From Balanoglossus misakiensis (taxonomy: Eukaryota > Animalia > Hemichordata), in contig CM082596.2 of NCBI GenBank assembly GCA_040954595.2, forward strand, positions 4,085,025 to 4,149,024: DNA of 64,000 bases, read 5' to 3'. The notes below the pieces were generated by a model, which did not search any database, was not told the DNA's origin, and was given only the letters and a program-made list of their open reading frames with translations. The translations under genes were made by a program, and so were the position numbers. Each line of letters starts with the position of its first letter. The stretch's first letter is position 1. This document shows positions 54,032 to 64,000 of this stretch, in pieces.

Positions 54032-54495
54032 TCACGTAACCGTGCGACATTCTGTGTATCATAAAATAGGAGTTAGCGTACTTCACTCTTGTTTAAATGC
54101 CTCAGTTGTATTTCCATGGCAACACCACTGCCACACGATTAGTTTGGCGTGATAAATGTACATTTTTATACTCTTCAGCTCAAAGCAGGGACCCCTGTGT
54201 TGCACAAACATAATGAAACTTTGTCTGCCCATCAATTTTACAGTTTTTTGGTTTCAAGCACGCAAATATAATACGGTATAATGAAATACATTCAGCAGCG
54301 GTCTGATTATTTGAACAGTTTTCAATTTATACTTCCCAAATTAAATTTTTCTTCTAATAAAAGTGTACGTACATATACTGCATATTAGAACTGTCACATG
54401 CTTAAGCAAGTTCTGCCTTAAATTGTACTTTGAAACAAAAATTCAGGACCTGTCCTAGTCGTGGTCATTATATGTAGACGAGTTTAAAGGTGTTG

Positions 54496-55381
54496 GAAGT
54501 TTGTTACTTATTCCTTATTCCTTATTCGAATGCGAAGTTTGTTACTTATTCCTTATTCCTTATTCCTTATTCGGATTCTGAAGTCTGTGACTTATTCCTT
54601 ATTCAAAGCTTATTCCTTATTCGAAATCTGAAGTCTGTGACTTATTCCTTATTCGGATTCTGAAGTCTGTGACTTATTCCTTATTCGGATTCTGAAGTCT
54701 GTGACTTTTTCCTTATTCAAAGCTTATTCCTTATTCGAAATCTGAAGTCTGTGACTTATTCCTTATTCGGATTCTGAAGTCTGTGACTTATTCCTTATTC
54801 GGATTCTGAAGTCTGTGACTTTTTCCTTATTCAAAGCTTATTCCTTATTCGAAATCTGAAGTCTGTGACTTATTCCTTATTCGGATTCTGAAGTCTGTGA
54901 CTTTTTCCTTATTCAAAGCTTATTCCTTATTCGAAATCTGAAGTCTGTGACTTATTCCTTATTCGGATTCTAAAGTCTGTGACTTATTCCTTATTCGGAT
55001 TCTGAAGTCTGTGACTTTTTCCTTATTCAAAGCTTATTCCTTATTCGAAATCTGAAGTCTGTGACTTATTCCTTATTCGGATTCTGAAGTCTGTGACTTT
55101 TTCCTTATTCAAAGCTTATTCCTTATTCGAAATCTGAAGTCTGTGACTTATTCCTTATTCGGATTCTGAAGTCTGTGACTTATTCCTTATTCAAAGCTTA
55201 TTCCTTATTCGAAATCTGAAGTCTGTGACTTATTCCTTTTATCGGATTCTGAAGTTTGTGACTTTTTCCTTATTCAAAGCTTATTCCTTATTCGAAATCT
55301 GAAGTCTGTGACTTCCTGAAGTCTGTGACTTATTCATTATTCGAAATCTGAAGTTTCTGACTTATTCCTTATTCGCAATCT
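54496..55381 (+). repeat. Left-arm minisatellite of 32-bp and 50-bp units built on a CTTATTC heptamer
   Basis: A = GAAGTCTGTGACTTATTCCTTATTCGGATTCT; B = GAAGTCTGTGACTTTTTCCTTATTCAAAGCTTATTCCTTATTCGAAATCT; two outer units begin GAAGTTTGTTAC. Confidence 0.95.
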
Positions 55382-55667
55382 GACGTACGGAACGCGTGTT
55401 AAATATGCCTTAAGTTTCAAGGCGCCCCAACTCACTGTGTACAGGTATGCGCTGTTATGCGGACGGTTTCAAGACACCCCCACTCCAACGCACGTAAACA
55501 AAAAAGAAAGATGGCTGCTCACTGAGACAACTGAGCGGTTTTCGATCGATTGTATCGGCATTTTTGGCGTTTTGAAAGCCAAGTAACATGCAACACAAGA
55601 ACTAACGGAGATGTAAGATGTATAATAAAAAGGTTATTACGAAAATACCGCTAAGTATGCACTCAGA

Positions 55668-56059
55668 GGAATAAGGAATAAGTCAGTGTCAGACTTCAGA
55701 ATCCGAATAAGGAAAAAGTCAGATTTCGAATAAGGAATAAGTCACAGACTTCAGCTTTGAATAAGGAATAAGTCACAGACTTCAGAATCCGAATAAGGAA
55801 TAAGTCACAGACTTCAGAAGCGAATAAGGTAAAAGTCAGATTTCGAATAAGGAATAAGTCACAGACTTCAGCTTTGAATAAGGAATAAGTCACAGACTTC
55901 AGCTTTGAATAAGGAATAAGGAATAAGTAACAAACTTCACATTCGAATAAGGAATAAGGAATAAGTAACAAACTTCACATTCGAATAAGGAATAAGGAAT
56001 AAGTAACAAACTTCACATTCGAATAAGGAATAAGGAATAAGGAATAAGTAACAAACTTC
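55668..56059 (-). repeat. Right-arm minisatellite, inverted relative to the left arm
   Basis: Repeats of GAATAAGGAATAAGTCACAGACTTCAG and outer GAATAAGGAATAAGTAACAAACTTC units. Confidence 0.95.
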
Positions 56060-59000
56060 ACGGACCCCGAGTTTAATCTGCATAAGGAATTAATTACTAA
56101 TGATTACACAGTAAAACCACTCCTTTATCTTATCTTTGCTTTGACAAATGATCACTATCTATAATTGCTGTTTTTTCCTGCAGTGTGATTAACCCCCCCC
56201 CCCCCCCCTTCAACTCAACCTTCCAATATGAAAAATGCGATTTACACCTGATGACGCATCTCAAATTTCAAGAGTAGGAACTGCCTCATTGATACTGTGA
56301 CTGGATTGATTGAAATTTCTGCTCTAATTCCATGTTAACAAACACACACTGAAAGATGGCACCGTGCCTGTACAATGCAGAAATTCAATTTGGCCTGGCA
56401 ATCAGTTCAATCTGGGACAAAAATCAACAGAATTGTCGCCCATCTATCAGAAACACCTGTCAACTACAGGCAGTGAATGCAAGTGCTCTAATGTCAGCAG
56501 ATGATGCCCTCTTGTGAATTGTAAAAACACTCCTCTCATCTGGAAACAGATTGGTTTGAGGTTCTGAATCACAAAACAGGTTGAACTTTTTTCCATCCTG
56601 AACAATTACAGAAAACTCAAGCCTACCCAGAAAAAAATGCTCCCTTTGCAGTTGAGCATAGTGAAATGTCACAGCTCACTGGCTTTGCTTTACTGCAAAC
56701 TGCCAGCAATAGCTTTGATGGGAGAATCTAGCCGCACCCAATCAACAATACGTGACTGTATATGTCCCCGTTCTACCGTACACCTATACCGGTAAAGTCT
56801 TGCGGAAGTCAGAAGAAAGATGGGGTGTAGATGAACAAACGCAAAATCATCTGTCTCACTAGCTTTCCAGAAATTATCAGGAATAGGATGAAGGGGGTGA
56901 ATAACTTTAGACATCCACAGCTAAATTACGTTGAAAATTGTTTGTGACATATTTTCAAAGGGTTGCGTTGCAAGCCACTCTACCTAGATGTGTTAGTGCG
57001 TACCTATAAAAGGAGAAAATAAATCTCTGGAGTCTGTTTTCACTTAAGCAGCACTGATTTCCACTTACTGGCGATGCTAGTCCTGCGGAGACAAGTTTTC
57101 CATCAACGCAATTGATGAAATGGAGAAAAACAGGACCCTGGTATGATGTACTTCCTTCATGCAATGAATTAATGGAGCACTCCATGCAGGCCTTTTCTGG
57201 TTGCGTCAGTTTTAATAAAGCCGTCTGAACAAGGCAGCTTGCAAAATACAATCTGCATGTGAGCGAATATATTCATTTTCAAGTCATCTTTTGCATTTTG
57301 CAGACCCTAAGCAAAATTTCCCCTTGGATGCCAAAAACTGCATCCCTTTGCCTCACGACAACATCACCGTACCTGGTACTCAGGTGACAGATATTTTAGG
57401 ATTTAAACTATTCAGGAGACTTTTCCTGGCGAGTTTTCCTCATTAGAACAAGAAATTTGAGATCTTCGCACACCGGCTCATCATTAAAAACCACAAGATA
57501 TACTTTGCCCAACGAGATAAAGAATGCAAAATATGAACATAAATGCCAAGAAGATAATCATTATAGCATTTTGCCATTGGTTAATCAGTGCAGGACATGC
57601 GACTCGATCTGTGCAGTGTGTTTGACATGTGTAAAGATATGACATTTTTCCTTAACACACTATCCAACTTCTCCAGAGATGGCTTATGAATAAGATGATA
57701 AACAGTCGTTCTTAATCAATCTTTAATCATTAATAATGTAAATTCATCAGAAAAAATGTCTCTAGATAATTTAAACATGTTGTCAATTCATTACTTTCTT
57801 CAGAAAACAGGGCACACAACTTAATTAAAAATTTGTTTTTCAATTTTCTCTGTGATGTTTTATTTACATTCCAAACATTCTCCTGTGGGGGAGTAGATAA
57901 AATGATCATGCATCAAATCAACTGTCATTTGAACAAAGCAGAAATCATGACTTTGGAGAGCTCATGACTAGGGTCACTTGGTTCCGGAAAAGCTTACTTT
58001 CAGGTTTGTCAAAAGAAAATGTTTTTCGTCTGAATGTATCAGGCTGCATTCACGTGAACAGACAAGCTTGTACCGGTAGTACCCACCATGTCAAGTGGAG
58101 ACTGACTGAAACATGCTGAAAAGCTGGCAAATGTCAGAGATGGAGAAATGATAATTTATGACAGGCATCAATGGTGAGAGCAACGCGGAGACAATCTAGT
58201 GACAGTCGGGTGTCAGACAAAGTGACAATGTCAGCAGATAAACTCCGCATTAGGGAGGAATTAAGCCGACATGTCAGATGCACGTCGCTCATCTCCTTGC
58301 ATGTGGGAAGAGACTCCACTAACCGAGAGTGACATTTCAATTTGCAATTGTAAACTACGTCATATCAATGAGAAACACCGATAAATACCCTCATGCTGGG
58401 GGTTCGAATCGTGCAGAGACAATCTTTTGGATGTTATACCCTGTCACGGTCGATAAAAAAACTGCATTTGGATGGATAAATTATTTACCCGCGAGACGCA
58501 AGCTTGAATCACGATCAGGATAGACGCAACAAAGCGGGAGACAGACACGACGCGAAATTAAAATAAAACTCATCCGTCTGCAATCGGCTCTAAGCTGATG
58601 AGAAATTACGAGCTCATTTACGATTTTCCATCTACGACGTAACAGCAACTGATGCGGATTTTCTTGTCAATTAAATTTCACAGAAGGTGACTTTCAGAGC
58701 TGGCATGGCAAGCCACACTGAGCCGAACGCTTTCCGAGTTGAATTCAGAGACATTTTGAAAGGCTGCGTGTATGACAGGGTGGTATTTATGTGCCCTGGA
58801 AATGATACAATTTGCCTGCACAGTTCTCGTCTCACATTCTGTTATACTCAAAACAGGCTGACTTGTTTTTCATTAGAATATGCTACTTAATTCTACAATT
58901 CATGATATTGACAAATAACATGCAAATTTCGACGTTTAGTCGGTTAACTTCTAATTTTCACACGAACTTGGTGTTTATAAACCCACACACCTAATAGTTC

Positions 59001-62000
59001 ATCTAAATCAAATTACAATAAATTGTGTCAATTTTGAATGTGTGTACTCTCTGCAAACAAAATACAACACATAACTTAGCACGTTCCCGAGTGCTTTTAA
59101 TTTGATTTGTAAATATGTTAACATCAGTACATATGTATATTTGCCACGAGCAAATTTATCTGGATGAATATCAAATCAGACTAAACAGTATAATATTGTC
59201 AGAAATACTTATTATAAACAGATGATATTGGTGATGATTGGTGAAACTCAATTTAATGCAGAGATTCTGAATACTGACCTGGAATATTGTTCAGGTTGTA
59301 ATTGGAGCAGATATTTTCCGAACATTGAAAATGCAAACACTTCAATTTTGCTAAGAGGTACAAGTATTAGCATAACCATGAGTGTGTGATGTCCGTGAAA
59401 CCCTTGTTTGTAACAAGCCATTCTACTCAGTACACAAAGAAAGAGATGAGATGAGATTACAACTGTGTTGACAGTTTTCCGTGCCTGTGTTCATACTTCT
59501 GAGTGAGGATGTTTGAAATGCAAATTGTCGATACTTTGTGAGGAATTAATGCAACTGAGGAAGTGAGCTATTAAAAAAATTCTGAAGTGGAATATCCGTT
59601 TCTCTCTCTGACTGTCAGCAAACATCTTTCAGGATGTGACAGATTCTACTTGACTTCAAAATAGAAGAACAATTGTTTTTTTCATACAATAAAAACATGT
59701 TCATTGCCAAAAACATTCACCATGGGATTTAAAAAGTATTGCAGCCATTATTTCAGGTGAAAATCAGCACTTAATCTCACATCATTTATTCATGCCTTTT
59801 TCACCCCAACATGTTATTTCACTTGACATCATTCGATTTTTACATACTCTCTCATCTCTATCTTTGGCTCTGCGTGCATGAAGTCAGTCTCTCTCTCTCC
59901 ATCTTGACACGGTTGCCTCGTACTTCATAAATCAGTTAATGATATTAAATATGCGACAATACGTGCGAATTGCAATGTTTCATTTTCCCGTGACACCGGA
60001 AATCACAGACGTAGCTGGCCATTACACAGTATCCTTGAACCATTAATCAGAACTGTTTACATGGTGAACCAATGCCTTGTCAACCTGCTGGGCATGTGAC
60101 TGTTATTTGGAAGTTGAATAACAAAATCAATTGCAGAGAACCTGTACTTCATCTGAATGAATCATCGACTATTAAAGGCAATCAGCGAAAAAAATGTTGA
60201 AAAACAGTCGCTTCTTTCGATTTGAAACTCAACGTGGACAAAGGTCACATTTCATCCTTTGAATCCATCAATCGTCCTGGCAACCCTGCAAAATGAAATA
60301 CAACCCTGTCCGTCTGAAGGAATACACATCTAGAGACTTGAAATTTTATATTTTTTACCCAGTGCATGAATTGGCAATACTCACAATACACATCATGTAC
60401 TGTTTACCCATACACATCTTGTAACATACATGTTCAGCTGATCACAGCCCTCGGCTATGCGACTGTTATCCTGAAATCAATACTACATGTTTATCCCCTC
60501 CAAATGAGAGTATTCAAGTGACATAAAAATGGACATTTTGAAATAATCTCAGAGTCTTCAAAAAGTCCCACTGCTTGAATAATTCCAGCCAAAGCTAAAG
60601 TAAAATTATGTAGATCAAATTAATTTCTCAGGCTCCATAAAGATTCAGTGTTATCCCCGTTTTCTCAATTTCACGACTGTTTCCAATAATGTGGTTCATC
60701 ATTCGCTGATCTGGAATCTGTCGTACAATGGTGGGAAAGTCACATCTGGCTTATCATCATCAAAATCGAAATTTCTCCCTGACATCATTCTGCACCAACC
60801 ACTTCAGTTTTATTAATAAAATACAATGTACATTCATGGCTACCTTATACTGAATTTTTAATACATCTGTCAACCTGGATACGGATTTTGGTTGAGGGAT
60901 GAACATATCAAGCTACAACTGCTTGGTAGAATTAGACGTGAAAAACAAGAAACAGTCCTTGAAGGTGCAGGCATGTTGGCTTCTCAGTAACTCTAATTTT
61001 TGCCATAAAATAAATTGTCCTAGCATCTAACTGAGTGACTTTTTTTCTCAAAACATTTTCCTTGACCGTTATTTTACTTTAGTACGTTATCCACTGGCCT
61101 TACAATAACCTGCGGCCTAGTTCAGTTCTCGGTTTATTTTCATTCTGCCTCAATTAAATCAATTCCTGACCTTTACACACATATGGACTTGGTTACTTAA
61201 CAAAATCTTGAAGAAAACAAGAATGACATTGGAAAATAATCGCAGATGGCATCATGGTCGCTACATTTCTGATCACCCGTCACTGTCAACGTGCTCAAAT
61301 ACATTTTAAATTTTACACTATTTTAAATTTGACATTCTCAATATTACATCAACCATCATTCCTGAAAGACTTATTCGAATTGCGCAATGGATAGATTTGT
61401 AGGGTTGGCATGGCGACCAGTACATACTCCCCAAAGTGTATATATTTTTCATATCACCAGATTTTGCTGGAAGGTCTAATCCTGCTAGAATGACTTTTGA
61501 CCATTCTGAGTGACAGATAAAAACAAAACAGTACATGTACGTACTTCACAGATGTAGACATAATATCACAAGAATTTCATTAGTCTTTATACAGACTAAA
61601 ATGTTTTTTTAATTCGCATATAATCCTCTTTGTCTGCATTTTTTGATCACTACAGTAACAATTTTGCATTGGGCCCACATAAAAGCGTGGTATGCCAAAT
61701 ATGCCCAGGAGTTATCATTTGTGACAACATCACATCACATCATATCAGAACAAGACAGATTGTTGATAGAGTCTTTGGCAAGTACAGTACACCAGATGAA
61801 AGTTGATATCTGACAACAAAATAGCAAACGCAGAATTAATTTGTCAGGTGGGATTATGCCTGGTATTCAGGGCCAAAATTACTTGACTATTAGCATCGAA
61901 TATGAACACAATAGACAGCTTCACAATGCACGAATTATCGTCGCTCACTGGTGACACTTCTGAGCACTGTAAACACTACAACTACGGGAAATTTGACGGC

Positions 62001-64000
62001 ATTATATAGATAAAAGAGGTTCTAGTAAGTCATAAGTGTATGAGTGACATTTTAAAAATTGGATTCCATATGAAGGAGGTCAAAGTATGCAAATGATTTT
62101 CTTGTAGTAGCAAGGAATGAGTTCCCCTCCATTTGTTACAATGCATCATGGGATATCATCTCACTGAGCTTGTACACTGACTCTGCATGTCTGTAGTTAC
62201 TGAAAATTTGTTGAGCTCACAAGCAGCTCTGTAGTGGTTATTTGGTTTCCAGTCATATGTTTGTATCTCATAAAAAGTATATACCAGTTGTTTTTTCAAA
62301 AATGCAGTGTTTGACATTTGCACAATGTTATTCCTAGCGCGGCCTGAAATAGCACACCTTAGCTGGGCATGTATTGCTACATGTGCATACTTGCATCTCT
62401 AGGTACAGAAGGCATGTTTGTACCAGCTAGAATATCAATACTGTCAAGTGAATACATCTTGCATCTCGCTGCACATGGTTAATCAAATGTCTGCCGATAT
62501 TATTCAGTGGATGAACACGATTGTAATCATATGGTTTATATTGAAGATAATGTACAAGCTAAAAAAGATGGTTTCATATTAGAAACAGTTTGGCTTAAAC
62601 ACTGAAAACACTTTGTTTTCAAAATAACTCCTCACGCGCTGCGTTTATTAGAAACAACAATAAATTGACAGGTTTGAAGGACTATCGTTTTCTGAAAATC
62701 TCTCTCTGAGGTTTGTGCCGCCAACTTGACACTCCCCGATCCGTATCCATTCCCCATCTCGCTTGTCTTAAAATTTGACTGTTACCAGGGTCTCATCCAA
62801 AATGGCAGCCATAATACTCAATACAGATTGCCGACTGATATTCAAAATTTTATCTCCCTCTGTTTTGAAAGCCCTTTTCCTGACTAATAGGGCATCACAG
62901 CGCACTTACTAGTATTTACAAGGCCATATCGCTTCAGCCATCAAACATCCGCACATGTATGTCTGCATTATCATGTTTTCAACTCTGATACCTGTCGCAA
63001 GAAAGTTTCTACGCAGCCGCTATGTTTTCGACATTTCCCTATCTTTCTGTTAATCAAGCCGTGTGAGTGATACCGCATAATGAAATCGCATAAAAGCTGC
63101 ACTCCTCTTCAAGCTAGCAGACAGATCTCGACACACACGACTTAATCGTCCAACCGCAGTTCTTGAAACAGGCAACACTTCAAGTAGATTTCAAAACAAA
63201 CTCTCATGCTGATTCCAATGTACACAGTGGAATACAACACAACGATTCAGTAACTATAAATTAAATGAACCATAAATCACTTTAAATTCAAAACTACAGT
63301 CACTCAATTTCAAATTCAAAACTAGAGTCTCAAATAGTCAGATATTTTAAAGACTGTCTCAAATGCTTGCATGGCATAATTCAGTCGTATGTAAATATAC
63401 TGTAACCCCATGCAGCTTAACAATCGGAAATAAATTGTTTTCCTTCTTCTATATGACCCTGCCAATATCAGGTGATCATGGTACACATTTAGGCTACGAA
63501 CCATATTGTGAATTATTTTTAGCACCTATATGAGGTCAACTCGATCGTTTTTATAAGACTTGCAAAATTGTGTGAAAAAAATACTCGATAAAGGTCATCA
63601 CATGATGGTGAATCTAAAGAGGAAAAATACCATATGAGTGTAGATTCGGACAATGACCTGTACTTGTACGATCGTCGAAAATATGAAATTTACTTTCACA
63701 TACTGCACATTTTCCAAATATTTTAGGCACACTTTCGATATACACCCTGCAGGAGAGCAATTTATCTGTGTAGTGAAAGCTGAATCGCAAAATCTAGGTC
63801 AGGAGAGATTTTTTGTTGTGATTGCTAGTCTGCTGATGCAGTGCCCAGATTGTGGTTACCACAGCAACCAACAAAGGCCCAGGAGCACCATACCATGGCT
63901 GCTATTATTTTCTCAGAACGCAACATGTGTTCACGAGGTTTTATTGATGGCTGACGAGTCTCGTAGAGGCATTGGCTGACGGATCAATCGTAAACAAACA

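Larger units (their letters stand above)
54488..56067. mobile_element. Non-autonomous Foldback/Mutator-like transposon (1580 bp) with long modular tandem-repeat inverted arms
   Basis: 9-bp direct repeat CGAGTTTAA at 54479..54487 and 56068..56076. Both ends read 8 nt + GAAGTTTGTTACTTATTCC inward. Left arm about 54496..55381, right arm about 55668..56059 (inverted), unique centre about 285 bp, no transposase ORF. Confidence 0.88.

Noticed and set aside
54496-55381. CRISPR-like regularly spaced repeats
   Set aside because: There are no unique spacers and no cas genes, the context is eukaryotic, and the array is one arm of an inverted-repeat element with a TSD.
55696-55971. 91-aa repetitive ORF
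   Set aside because: It is a translation of the right-arm minisatellite.

Overview
Animal (probably marine invertebrate) genomic DNA with GT-AG introns. There are no operons, CRISPR arrays or rRNA/tRNA genes, and most ORF-track entries are intronic noise or partial exons. Left to right: (1) the 3' part of an SLC34/NaPi-II sodium-phosphate cotransporter gene (+, <1..2554); (2) a complete 8-exon, 386-aa type I membrane protein with a signal peptide and an extracellular death-domain-like region, resembling TMDD1/C12orf81 (+, 3159..5555); (3) the 5' end of an unidentified + strand gene (two UTR exons and a first coding exon ending at 6843) whose next intron appears to contain the following gene; (4) a DPP IV-family (S9B) gene on the - strand with 18 phase-consistent common exons (33292..9133). 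It has a DPP6/DPP10-type membrane anchor, an intact Ser-Asp-His triad and three candidate alternative first coding exons (37.1, 37.9, 39.8 kb). (5) 40-64 kb has no convincing coding exon but carries a 1.58-kb Foldback/Mutator-like element with modular tandem-repeat arms and a 9-bp TSD. Small MITEs, a 260-bp tandem duplication and palindromes are scattered through the window. All gene models were spliced and translated by eye, and homology calls are from recalled motifs, not searches. I see no wholly new multi-gene system. The most interesting items are the DPP6/10-like gene with an intact triad and alternative N-termini, the death-domain receptor-like protein, the apparent nested arrangement and the foldback element.
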